Assembly: GCA_028247315.1 (NCBI GenBank)
Contig: JAOKFZ010000002.1
Coordinates: 18,438-82,437, forward strand
Reading direction: 5' to 3'
Length of the DNA: 64,000 nucleotides
DNA from: Bacteroidia bacterium
Lineage (GTDB): Bacteria; Bacteroidota; Bacteroidia; NS11-12g; UBA9320
Shown here: in pieces, positions 19,899-29,747 of the stretch
Numbering within the stretch: the stretch's first letter is position 1
Layout: each line of letters opens with the position of its first letter
The notes under the pieces: generated by a model
Database searches by the model: none
What the model saw: only the letters and a program-made list of their open reading frames with translations
Told to the model about the DNA's origin: nothing
Translations under genes and position numbers: made by a program

Positions 19899-20531
19899 TT
19901 GAAAGACCTTAGGAAAAATTACACTGCAGGAGAACTTGTAGAATACAACCTACCTTCAAGTCCTTTTGAACTGTTCACACAATGGTTTGAGGATGCGAGC
20001 AATTCAGATGGTATTGTGGAGCCCAATGCGATGGTTCTCAGTACTGTTAATTCCGATTTGGAACCAGATTCTCGTATTGTATTATTAAAAGATATTAGAA
20101 AAGAGGCGTTTGTTTTCTATACCAACTATGATAGTAATAAAGGTCAGCAGATTGCTCACAATGGTAATTGTACCTTATTATTCCCATGGGTAAATTTAGA
20201 ACGGCAGGTCATAATACGCGGTTTTGCGTCTAGAGTATCTGAACAAGAATCTATTGACTACTTCAACTCAAGACCCAAAAGCAGTAGGATAGGAGCATGG
20301 GCTAGCTCCCAAAGTAATCCAATCCATAGCAGGGAAGATTTAGAGAAGCAGCTCAAAATGGTTGAGGCCAAGTATACAGGTACAGATATACCAAAACCAC
20401 CACATTGGGGTGGGTTTGCCTTAGATCCCAGAGAGATTGAGTTTTGGCAAGGGAGACCCAATAGATTGCACGACCGCCTGGTTTATCGTAAAAATGTTGG
20501 GCATTGGAATACAGTAAGGTTGCAACCCTAA
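19899..20531 (+). CDS. pdxH: Pyridoxamine 5'-phosphate oxidase
   Basis: 210 aa with a PdxH-like C-terminus (..WGGFALDPREIEFWQGRPNRLHDR). Apparent TTG start. Confidence 0.9.
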   Translation: MKDLRKNYTAGELVEYNLPSSPFELFTQWFEDASNSDGIVEPNAMVLSTVNSDLEPDSRIVLLKDIRKEAFVFYTNYDSNKGQQIAHNGNCTLLFPWVNLERQVIIRGFASRVSEQESIDYFNSRPKSSRIGAWASSQSNPIHSREDLEKQLKMVEAKYTGTDIPKPPHWGGFALDPREIEFWQGRPNRLHDRLVYRKNVGHWNTVRLQP

Positions 20532-20895
20532 GTGTCCTTCATTTTTGCGTCATAGCAGCATGAGAATGAACAAATGTGACTTTGTGAGGTTATATTTGCT
20601 AAGAGGTAGTTAAGCATTGGGTTCACAATAAATTGACATACAAAAGAAAATTAAGTCTAGATCTACTATCTTAACGTGGTTATTGGCACCTGCAATTTTA
20701 GGTGGTATGGCATTGTTTGGTTTCCAAACTTATAGCCTAATTACTGGCAAGTCATTCTCCGATTTCAACTTTGAAATTGGTAAGCTTTGGTCTACTGAAG
20801 AAACAGTTCCTTAACCTATTGACACGAATGGACCCTCTAACATAGCTAGCTCTATCTTACGAGAACTAGTTGCAGAACCGCAAGTTAGTACGGCA

Positions 20896-21852
20896 TTGGA
20901 AAGTGTGATTTTTCCGCAGATAAGAAGAAAAACTGTTCTGTATACGAATGAAAATACTACGAATGAGATTGTAAAATCAGAGAAGATTAAAGCACTGTTC
21001 TCTTCTGAGGTAATTATCGTTAATAGTATATCGGCAAATTTTGGTAATAAACAAATACAGAAATACGTAAAGAGAATGCAAAACGATTACCTGATTAATC
21101 CAACTCTTGTGCCTCACCATGGTAGTTGGTATATTGGTTTTAGTTTTGCTCCTAGTGTTTGCTATCGCAGTTTTGGCTACAATACCAGTTCTATTCCTGG
21201 GGTAGTAAGAGAAGGGAATACAGAATACACTTTTGGTCTTACAGAAAATGAACGTAACACAACAGACAAGACCATTACTTCATATGCAGTCGGATTAGAC
21301 TTTGGTAAACGAATTTCAGCGAAACTAAGCCTGTTTTCTGGGTTGCACTATGCTCAATACGGTGAACAACTTAATGTACGTATTGCAGATAAAAACAATC
21401 CCAATTTTGAGATGTCTTCTTTCATGGGAAATCAACCTCAGTATCAACGAGCGGATGAAGAGAATTCAGAATCATTGCCCTACATCAACAAGTATTCGTT
21501 TCTAGAAATACCGCTCAGGGTAAGTTATACAATCAAGGAATATTCCAAGGCTAAGATTGCTATTAGTACTGCTGTTGTTGTTCAAAAACTGGATCAAGTG
21601 AATGCATTGGTTTATGATTTTAACACAGACTATTACTATTGGATGAATAGTAAGGAAACCATTTTTAGAAAATACGGATTGGGTGGAACCATTGGTGTGT
21701 CTTTTTCTCAATATGTAGGAGAACGCTTAGAGGTATATGCTGCTCCACAGTTTAAATACAATCTACATTCTACGTTCAATGAGCCATACCCTGTTTTACA
21801 AAACCAATATACTGGAGGTATTCAATTAGGTTTCAAGCAGCAGCTTTTCTAG
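20896..21852 (+). CDS. Beta-barrel/OMP-like hypothetical protein (C-terminal ..GFKQQLF); a possible disrupted gene, see findings
   Basis: Beta-strand-rich with a C-terminal Phe. No signal peptide at the annotated start. A signal-peptide-like ORF lies in the same frame upstream, separated by a single TAA. Confidence 0.35.
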   Translation: MESVIFPQIRRKTVLYTNENTTNEIVKSEKIKALFSSEVIIVNSISANFGNKQIQKYVKRMQNDYLINPTLVPHHGSWYIGFSFAPSVCYRSFGYNTSSIPGVVREGNTEYTFGLTENERNTTDKTITSYAVGLDFGKRISAKLSLFSGLHYAQYGEQLNVRIADKNNPNFEMSSFMGNQPQYQRADEENSESLPYINKYSFLEIPLRVSYTIKEYSKAKIAISTAVVVQKLDQVNALVYDFNTDYYYWMNSKETIFRKYGLGGTIGVSFSQYVGERLEVYAAPQFKYNLHSTFNEPYPVLQNQYTGGIQLGFKQQLF

Positions 21853-21883
21853 GCTGATTTTTTTACACAATATTCTTGTATTT

Positions 21884-23071
21884 TTGCTAGATATGAAACG
21901 AGTGTACATAGTATCAGCGGTTCGAACTCCCATGGGTAGTTTTAATGGACAACTGAGCGGAATACCAGCACCTAAACTAGGGTCTATAGCTATAAAAGGA
22001 GCATTAGAAAAAGCTGGAATACAACCCAGTGATGTGGATGAAGTATATTTTGGAAATGTATTGCAAGCGGGAGTTGGGCAAGCCCCAGCTCGTCAAGCTG
22101 CCATATTCGCAGGATTGCCCGATTCTACTCCGTGTACAACCATCAATAAAGTATGTGCTAGTGGAATGAAATCTGTGTCCTTAGGAGCTACTTCAATAAT
22201 GCTAGGACACAATGATATAGTGGTGACAGGAGGTATGGAAAACATGAGTCAAGTGCCTCATTATCTTCCAGGTTCTCGTGGAGGGTACAAATACGGAAAT
22301 TTTACAGCCGTAGATGGTTTAGCTCATGATGGATTACGTGATGTATACAATGAGTATATGATGGGTAGTGCTGCCGATAGTACAGCAAAAGTGCATGGTA
22401 TTTCAAGAGAGCAACAAGATGAGTTTGCCATAAATTCCTATAAAACATCTGCAGCTAGCTGGGAAGCCGGAAAATTTAAAGATGAAATAATACCCGTAGC
22501 AATACCACAACGTAGGGGAGATGCTATCATAATGGATGAAGACGAAGAGTACAAGAATGTTCGTTTTGATAAAATACCTTCACTGCGTCCAGTATTTGAT
22601 AAAGAGGGGACAGTAACTGCAGCAAACGCAAGTACTATAAACGACGGGGCTGCCTGTATAATACTAGTGAGTGAGGACAAAGCAAAAGAACTTGGTCTTA
22701 CACCCATTGCCGAAGTAGTTTCTTTTGCAGATGCGGCTCACGAGCCAGAGTTTTTCACTACCGCACCTGCTAAAGCAGTGCCTATAGCTTTAGAAAGAGC
22801 CGGATATACGCTTGCAGATGTAGATGCTTTTGAACTTAATGAGGCATTTTCTGTAGTAGGAATAGTAAACACAAAACTCCTGGATATAGATGCGGCTAAA
22901 GTAAATGTGAATGGTGGTGCAGTTGCACTTGGGCATCCACTTGGTGCATCTGGAGCTAGAATACTCGTTACACTTATAAATGTACTAAAACAGAACGGGG
23001 GTAAAATTGGTGCAGCTGGAATCTGCAACGGTGGCGGTGGTGCTAGTGCCATGGTGATCAAAAATATATAA
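21884..23071 (+). CDS. Acetyl-CoA C-acetyltransferase (thiolase II)
   Basis: 395 aa. Thiolase active-site regions are present (VCASGMKS; NVNGGAVALGHPLGASG; GICNGGGGA). Confidence 0.9.
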   Translation: MLDMKRVYIVSAVRTPMGSFNGQLSGIPAPKLGSIAIKGALEKAGIQPSDVDEVYFGNVLQAGVGQAPARQAAIFAGLPDSTPCTTINKVCASGMKSVSLGATSIMLGHNDIVVTGGMENMSQVPHYLPGSRGGYKYGNFTAVDGLAHDGLRDVYNEYMMGSAADSTAKVHGISREQQDEFAINSYKTSAASWEAGKFKDEIIPVAIPQRRGDAIIMDEDEEYKNVRFDKIPSLRPVFDKEGTVTAANASTINDGAACIILVSEDKAKELGLTPIAEVVSFADAAHEPEFFTTAPAKAVPIALERAGYTLADVDAFELNEAFSVVGIVNTKLLDIDAAKVNVNGGAVALGHPLGASGARILVTLINVLKQNGGKIGAAGICNGGGGASAMVIKNI

Positions 23072-23122
23072 AATTTCACAATTTGAGGTACGAAAATTGA
23101 ATACAATAAAGTTATAGATACT

Positions 23123-24001
23123 ATGCGAGTAATTACGTTTTTAGCTTTATCCTTTTTGTGTCTTGCTACATTTGGACAACGAGCCAAAGTAAAAGCGGGT
23201 GACTCTACCTACGTAGATTCTATTCGTAACTATGAGTATCAACTGGAAGGGCTAAGTCATAATATTATTAATTCTAAGGATAAAGTAGAACGTATCACCA
23301 GTTGTTACTACTTTATACAAACGCTCAAAAAAGCACTGAGTATTCCCAATTCCTTTGACTACGATTTTAATTCAATCCGAACTGTGTCTGCTCTACGTTC
23401 GGAAGATGAACGGTTTAGGTTGTTTTCTTGGAACCTGCTGTTAGACAGCGGAAGGTATATGTACTTTGGAGCCATACAAATGAACAACGCGGATAGCTTG
23501 GAGTTATACGGATTGTACGATAGCTCGGAGTACAATAAGGATGTTTTCTACGGCCAGTTTGATAACAGGCACTGGATGGGTGCTCTTATTTATCAGATTC
23601 ATCACTACAAATACAAAAAGAAAGATTACTACATTACCTTTGGGTGGGATGGGCAAGATGCTCTTACCAATAGGAAGGTTGTGGATGTACTATGGTTTGA
23701 TGAAGAAGGAGAACCCCAGTTTGGCGAAGAAATATTTGATTTCGATGGAGACCTCCAATCGCGTATAGTGTTTGACTTTAATGATAAAGCGGCAATGCTC
23801 CTAAGGTATGACAAAAATGAAGAGGCCATCGTATTTGCTAATCTAGTGCCTATAAATCCACAAATGGTGGGCTCGTACGCGAACTATGTGCCTGATGGCA
23901 CGTATGACTACTTAAAATTTGAGAAAGGCATCTGGAGACGCTACAAGATGGTGTTTGAGAGTCGTGGTAAGAAACACGGTGGTGACTTGCGGAAGTTGTA
24001 G
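23123..24001 (+). CDS. Secreted hypothetical protein
   Basis: Signal peptide MRVITFLALSFLCLATFGQ. No recognisable motif. Confidence 0.45.
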   Translation: MRVITFLALSFLCLATFGQRAKVKAGDSTYVDSIRNYEYQLEGLSHNIINSKDKVERITSCYYFIQTLKKALSIPNSFDYDFNSIRTVSALRSEDERFRLFSWNLLLDSGRYMYFGAIQMNNADSLELYGLYDSSEYNKDVFYGQFDNRHWMGALIYQIHHYKYKKKDYYITFGWDGQDALTNRKVVDVLWFDEEGEPQFGEEIFDFDGDLQSRIVFDFNDKAAMLLRYDKNEEAIVFANLVPINPQMVGSYANYVPDGTYDYLKFEKGIWRRYKMVFESRGKKHGGDLRKL

Positions 24002-24002
24002 A

Positions 24003-24590
24003 TCAATTATACCGATCATTCAACCCTTTGCCTGCTAATATCATTGGAATTATTTTATCCATTAGTTTCAGCCTAGTCTTTTCTTGCTTGGCATCTGCTA
24101 TATAGTTGGCGTATTCCTTTTGCTTGCCTTTGGTTAGGTTATAGAAGGCCTCTACAACTGATGTGTTTTGGCTTAGTTGACCCAGCAGCTCTGGTGGTAT
24201 AGTGTAGCTCGTGTCTCGTTGCCTTTTTACTTCTAACCCTTTTTTCTGATTGTCTATGGCTTCTAGCACATACATCTTTACTAAGTCTGTGTCTATTTCT
24301 TCCGTTGTGAATTTCCAGTGCCGCATTGCTTTGGTTTTGCCTTCTTGTACATTGGTAAGAATCTTTGCGTGGTCTGACAAAAATACTCCCTGAAAAAACC
24401 ATAGTGCATAGTGTTCTTTGAATGAGCCAATAGAGACAATATTTTTATTTTTCAATGTGTATGTGGGGAAGGACCATTTGAAGGTTTCGATAAGTCCACA
24501 ATGGAGTAAAGTGTTACGCAGTATATCGAGTTGTTTTGTATGGTGAGCATTTACCTCCCAAAACTCTTCAATATTTTTTGGCATTTTCAT
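24003..24590 (-). CDS. DUF1801 / YdeI-like family protein
   Basis: 195 aa. Pattern typical of DUF1801 proteins. Confidence 0.5.
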   Translation of the reverse strand: MKMPKNIEEFWEVNAHHTKQLDILRNTLLHCGLIETFKWSFPTYTLKNKNIVSIGSFKEHYALWFFQGVFLSDHAKILTNVQEGKTKAMRHWKFTTEEIDTDLVKMYVLEAIDNQKKGLEVKRQRDTSYTIPPELLGQLSQNTSVVEAFYNLTKGKQKEYANYIADAKQEKTRLKLMDKIIPMILAGKGLNDRYN

Positions 24591-24605
24591 CCTGCCCCAA
24601 AAATA

Positions 24606-25535
24606 CTAAAAATGAATCCAATGTGCTTTCATACCCTCATTGGAGTGGTATTCTAGTGTAGGCATCGGTATTTTGATAGAGTTTGCTATTATGAGCAAAG
24701 TACGTATTCCTTTTCGTTTGTTTTTTAGTTTAGTAAGGTCAATATCTGGAGAGAGATAAAACTGACGACTACGCTTATAAACCTTGTTATAGTCATACGC
24801 CACACCTTCACGCGTAAAAGTATTATCCCTGCCGCCGATGATACCATCTACACCATATCCTGCTGCTATATTGAGCCACTTTGGCCAGCGAGTGTCTTCT
24901 TTCAGAAAGGAGTTGACGTTTACACTTAACCAGTAGGTTTGACCATTGTAGTCCTTGAGTATTCGCTCTGGTAAATTACTGCCCAAAACATTGGGTCTTA
25001 TTTGTGCATACGGTGAAGCAGAATAGGAGTATTTCATCCATATACGTTGCTCATCCCACGCTAGGCTTTGTGATATTGCCAATCCTGCACCAAAAGCATT
25101 GGCAGCCACATCTCCTATACTAGCTCCCCACCCGGCAGAGAAACCATCAAATACCTCAACACCTGTTTGTATGAAAAAACCATACGAACCGCCTATGAGC
25201 GAGTATTGGTTTTTAGAATAACCAGCCCATTTCATCATTTCTATTCCAGCAACGCCTTCGTAATAGCAAGAGAATGAGTGACCTACTTTATCCATTTGCT
25301 GCCATTGGGCATTGTCATTAAAAAACTGAAATCTCTGAAAAGGAAAGTCCTTGTACCAGAGGCTGTACAGTCCTGTCATTAGAGAAGTATACGCTACAGC
25401 ATTACCACCTACTACTATCTGTTTTCGTAGGTGGTAGTTTGTAGCTGTAGTGTCTTGTGCACTGCTGCATATTGCTATGCTACACAGAGCACAGACAAGA
25501 ATAGTCTTATGCCAATATGGTTGCTTTAGTAGCAT
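24606..25535 (-). CDS. DUF2279-like lipoprotein
   Basis: Signal peptide with ..ICSSAQ. Pattern seen in Bacteroidota DUF2279 proteins. Confidence 0.45.
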   Translation of the reverse strand: MLLKQPYWHKTILVCALCSIAICSSAQDTTATNYHLRKQIVVGGNAVAYTSLMTGLYSLWYKDFPFQRFQFFNDNAQWQQMDKVGHSFSCYYEGVAGIEMMKWAGYSKNQYSLIGGSYGFFIQTGVEVFDGFSAGWGASIGDVAANAFGAGLAISQSLAWDEQRIWMKYSYSASPYAQIRPNVLGSNLPERILKDYNGQTYWLSVNVNSFLKEDTRWPKWLNIAAGYGVDGIIGGRDNTFTREGVAYDYNKVYKRSRQFYLSPDIDLTKLKNKRKGIRTLLIIANSIKIPMPTLEYHSNEGMKAHWIHF

Positions 25536-26904
25536 CTAGTATGGCTATGGTTTCCCCTGCTGTTGCAGCTTGTGCATATACCCGTAGCAATGGTTCTGTA
25601 CCACTCGGGCGTATCATTACCCAACTGTCATCGCTCAATACAAATTTGTAACCATCTATGGTCTCTGTACCGATTACGTCATACTTTCCAAAACTTGAAT
25701 AATCAGCAATTTTACATTTTCCTATGATCGATATTTTTTGCTCTTCTGGCATACGTAGATCATATCTGTCCATAGCAAATGATCCTATCATATCATATAT
25801 TTCTTGTATCAACTCATCCAGGCTTTTACCTGTTTTTGCCATATACTCCCATATGATAAGTCCCATCCATATACCGTCGCGTTCGGGTATGTGTGTGCTT
25901 ACCGCTATACCACCACTTTCTTCTCCGCCAAGTAGACTTTTGTTTTCTATCATCTCTTTGCAGATGTACTTGAAACCTATTTTAGTCACGTGGTTTTCTA
26001 TGCCATAATGATCACATAGATTTTTTATTTTAGACGTACAGCTAAAGCTGGTGTATACGTTTCCTTTTACCCCTTTGTGTTCTACTAAATATCGAATGAG
26101 TAGGAGTATGATATGGTGTGAATCCACAAACTCTCCTTTGGCATTGAATAGTCCGATTCTATCTGCATCTCCGTCTGTTGCAAGGCCACAATCTATATCG
26201 GAAGAGGCTATTAGCTCTGCAAATGGTTTTAAGTTTCGTGCGATAGGCTCTGGGGCTTGCCCCATAAAACTTGGATTGTAATCTGCATGCAAAAGAGTGG
26301 CCTCAGGAAATAGGCGACGCACTACATTCATACCTGCACCATACATAGCATCGTAACCAAGTTTTATGCCGCTGTTGCGTATTCCTTCTATATCAAAATT
26401 AGCATATACATGATCCATGTATTCCTGCTCCATATCAATAATTTCTACCATATCATTCTTCATAAGCTCTGCAAATGAGTGAGTGGTGTATGCGAACGTA
26501 TCCGGTATTTTGGCTTCGACAGCATCTATTTCTGATTGTACTGCTGGTCCACCGTAGTGTGCTTTTATTTTGTAACCATTGTAACTGGGTGGGTTATGAC
26601 TTGCCGTTATCACTATACCCGCATACGCATTGTGGTTTAGAGAAGAAAGGGAAACCATTGGTGTAGACACAAAGTTTTCTGAGGTATATACTTTAATACC
26701 TTGTGAGATGAGTACAGAGATAGTAACCTCGGTAAAAAGTCTACCACCAAAGCGACAATCGTGTCCTACTACTGCTGTGTGATTATCTCCGCGTTCTTTT
26801 ATCCATAGAGCTGTAGCGTATGCAACACGGGCTACGTTGTCCGTGGTATATTCCTGTGCTATTATGGCTCTCCAGCCATCTGTTCCAAATTTTATTTTTG
26901 TCAT
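25507..26904 (-). CDS. Phosphoglucomutase/phosphomannomutase family (alpha-D-phosphohexomutase)
   Basis: Active-site TASHNP and metal-binding DGDADR motifs. Confidence 0.9.
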   Translation of the reverse strand: MTKIKFGTDGWRAIIAQEYTTDNVARVAYATALWIKERGDNHTAVVGHDCRFGGRLFTEVTISVLISQGIKVYTSENFVSTPMVSLSSLNHNAYAGIVITASHNPPSYNGYKIKAHYGGPAVQSEIDAVEAKIPDTFAYTTHSFAELMKNDMVEIIDMEQEYMDHVYANFDIEGIRNSGIKLGYDAMYGAGMNVVRRLFPEATLLHADYNPSFMGQAPEPIARNLKPFAELIASSDIDCGLATDGDADRIGLFNAKGEFVDSHHIILLLIRYLVEHKGVKGNVYTSFSCTSKIKNLCDHYGIENHVTKIGFKYICKEMIENKSLLGGEESGGIAVSTHIPERDGIWMGLIIWEYMAKTGKSLDELIQEIYDMIGSFAMDRYDLRMPEEQKISIIGKCKIADYSSFGKYDVIGTETIDGYKFVLSDDSWVMIRPSGTEPLLRVYAQAATAGETIAILDATKATILA

Positions 26905-28005
26905 TTAGTAATTAATTTTATTCCAAGGTTTATGGAGTAGTGCCTCATAGAGTACCTCAGATTTTTGTGGTTGTATTTCTTGATTGTTTATTTGTTCTAG
27001 TAAAAAGTCGAAGCGTTTTTCGCTTAAGTATTCTTCTAATCCTTGTAGATTTACTTGTACAGCCATTTCTCTAAGCTGCTCTGAAGATAAAGTAATAGCG
27101 TGACCATCAATGAATAAAATTATTTCATCTAGGTTTTGCAGTGGTATGTTCTTGTATTTACTCCAACTTTCTTTCACGGTAATGTTATCTATTGTCCAAT
27201 GCTTGAGGAATACGTGAGAAAAGTAAGCATCTCCTCCTGCATTCAAGATTGTTTGCTTGTTTGCATTCACATACTTTTCTATTGAAGTATAAAATGCCGC
27301 GTTTTCTATATTTGAATTAATATGTGGTGGAAGTACCCGATACATAATTCTTTTGGTACTTTTCAATGGATGAAATTCCCTAAACACCCGCTTGTCATAC
27401 AATGCTTGATGTTTTAATGCAGGAGACATTCTCGGATTGTTTTTAAAATTATTGGACCCGAACTGGACAAGGTTAAATTCAAATGTGTTGCTGTGTAGTG
27501 CATTCCAAAAGGTTAAAGTAGCGGGACCATTTACATTCGTTGGAATATGTTCTGATTTGAGTGTGCTTATTATATCTGGGCCATCTATATATCCATAGTC
27601 GATAATTTTACCGTCTTTTCCCATACCAGTGAAAGTGATACCTTGTACTGAGAAATCGAAGTTTCGCTTAAATAATTGCCAATACTCGTGGATGAATATA
27701 TCTGTACCACTAACGAAAGGGTTCGCTGCCCTTTTTTCCATTTTTAGCATTTGAGTTGGTCCTACCACAAATTGTTTACTGCTATGCTCCCAAAGAGGAA
27801 TATCTCCTGTCAGTATTCTGGGATATAATAATTCTGCGATGCCTTGTACTATGTTAAACCCAATGCTGTCTGCCTGTTTGGCTGATCGTGCGTGCAATAG
27901 TACAGGTGTTACGTCGTAGCTTTTTGGGACGGTATTTCTATTTGATGGTATACATCCAACCAACATACCGATTAGTACTATTACAATACCTTTAGATAAA
28001 TGCAT
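26905..28005 (-). CDS. Hypothetical lipoprotein
   Basis: Signal peptide with ..LVGC. No recognisable motif. Confidence 0.45.
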   Translation of the reverse strand: MHLSKGIVIVLIGMLVGCIPSNRNTVPKSYDVTPVLLHARSAKQADSIGFNIVQGIAELLYPRILTGDIPLWEHSSKQFVVGPTQMLKMEKRAANPFVSGTDIFIHEYWQLFKRNFDFSVQGITFTGMGKDGKIIDYGYIDGPDIISTLKSEHIPTNVNGPATLTFWNALHSNTFEFNLVQFGSNNFKNNPRMSPALKHQALYDKRVFREFHPLKSTKRIMYRVLPPHINSNIENAAFYTSIEKYVNANKQTILNAGGDAYFSHVFLKHWTIDNITVKESWSKYKNIPLQNLDEIILFIDGHAITLSSEQLREMAVQVNLQGLEEYLSEKRFDFLLEQINNQEIQPQKSEVLYEALLHKPWNKINY

Positions 28006-29209
28006 TTTCTCCGGTTATTTCCATTCCCAATATGAGTAGATGAATATCATGCGTACCTTCATAGGTTACTACACTTTCTAGATTCATCATATGTCTCATC
28101 ATAGGGTACTCACCTGTGATTCCCATTCCGCCATGGATTTGTCTCGCTTCTCGTGCTATATTCATGGCTATTTCTACATTATTTCTTTTTGCAAGAGATA
28201 TTTGAGCAGGAGTAGCTTTCCCTTCATTCATCAGTGTACCAAGTCTCCAACACACCAGTTGTGCTTTGGTTATCTCAGTTAGCATCTCAGCCAGTTTTTT
28301 CTGTTGCAATTGGAAACCACCTATAGGCCTGCCAAACTGATGACGCTGAGCAGCATATTTTTTTGCACTTTCATAGCAGTCCATTGCAGCACCTATAGCA
28401 CCCCAACTTATACCATAACGAGCAGAGTTAAGACAGGTAAGCGGACCTTTGAGTCCTTTCACACCTGGCAGAATGTTACTTTTTGGTATTCTCACATTGT
28501 CAAAAACAAGCTCTCCAGTAATACTTGCTCGTAAACTCCATTTACCATGCGTTTCTGGGGTAGTAAAACCTTCCATTCCACGTTCTACAATTACTCCACG
28601 TACGATACCCTCAGGGTCTTTTGCCCATACTACAGCTACGTCTGCTTGTGGCGAGTTGCTTATCCATAGTTTGGCCCCATTAAGTATAATGTCATCACCA
28701 TCTTCTTTATAGCTGGTTGTCATTCCATTCGGATTACTACCGTGGTCTGGTTCTGTAAGGCCAAAACAACCTAGCATATCGCCGTTACCTAGCTTAGGTA
28801 AGAACTTTATTTTTTGTTCTTCGCTACCAAATTTATGAATTGGGTACATCACAAGAGAACCTTGCACACTTGCTGTGGAACGAATACCACTATCGCATCT
28901 TTCTAGCTCTTGCATAGCAATACCATAACTTATATAGTCAAGGCCACCACCACCATACTCTGCGGGTATTTGTGGTCCAAAGCAACCAACATCACCCATT
29001 TGTTTTACAATATGACTTGGAAAATAGTTGTTTTGAGCACATTCTTCTATGATAGGTGACAGTTCACGCTTCACGTAAGAGCGAACGCTGTCTCTTACCA
29101 TCTTATGCTCTTCAGATAGGAGGTCATCAATATTATAAAAATCAGGATGGTCAAAAGTGTCCTTTCCTTTTTTTGCTTCCTTTAATTCGTTTATTTCTTG
29201 CGTAGTCAT
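27992..29209 (-). CDS. Acyl-CoA dehydrogenase (glutaryl-CoA dehydrogenase-like)
   Basis: 405 aa, ACAD fold (..GLTEPDHGSNP..). Confidence 0.85.
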   Translation of the reverse strand: MTTQEINELKEAKKGKDTFDHPDFYNIDDLLSEEHKMVRDSVRSYVKRELSPIIEECAQNNYFPSHIVKQMGDVGCFGPQIPAEYGGGGLDYISYGIAMQELERCDSGIRSTASVQGSLVMYPIHKFGSEEQKIKFLPKLGNGDMLGCFGLTEPDHGSNPNGMTTSYKEDGDDIILNGAKLWISNSPQADVAVVWAKDPEGIVRGVIVERGMEGFTTPETHGKWSLRASITGELVFDNVRIPKSNILPGVKGLKGPLTCLNSARYGISWGAIGAAMDCYESAKKYAAQRHQFGRPIGGFQLQQKKLAEMLTEITKAQLVCWRLGTLMNEGKATPAQISLAKRNNVEIAMNIAREARQIHGGMGITGEYPMMRHMMNLESVVTYEGTHDIHLLILGMEITGENAFI

Positions 29210-29266
29210 ATATTAATCTCTGCTAACTTTGCAAATGTAAAATTATTACCCAACATAAGATACGAC

Positions 29267-29626
29267 ATGCAAGACAGTTTAGAAACAATATTGAGTATTA
29301 ACAAGGTCAAAGTTAAAGCAAATCACGGATGGTATGAAACGGAACGAAAAATAGGAGGGATGTACTTGATATCTGTTCGTATATTTTCGTACAATAACGT
29401 GAAGGAACAGTTGGAAGATATAGAAGATACTGTAAACTATGAAGAAATTCATACGGTGATTACCACAGTGATGAAGAGAGAGTACAAACTCATAGAAACG
29501 TGCTGTAAAGCTCTTTGGAACGAACTCAAGCCTTTGTCTGATGCTGATGTGTGGGAGGTAACACTAGAAAAAGAAGATGTGCCAATAAAACATGTAGGCA
29601 GTACTAGTTTCGTAATAAAGGGATAA
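29267..29626 (+). CDS. folB: Dihydroneopterin aldolase
   Basis: FolB-like ..VKANHGWYETER.. The start is likely the internal Met MQDSLE. Confidence 0.7.
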   Translation: MQDSLETILSINKVKVKANHGWYETERKIGGMYLISVRIFSYNNVKEQLEDIEDTVNYEEIHTVITTVMKREYKLIETCCKALWNELKPLSDADVWEVTLEKEDVPIKHVGSTSFVIKG

Positions 29627-29747
29627 TCATTTAGTAGCTTTACCGTAGAATTAATTGCCTTTGTCCATAAGTAGGAATGGGACCGCATCATTCTGCCATA
29701 AAAAGCTATTTTCGCACACTTATTTTGAGATTTAAATAGAGTAATCA

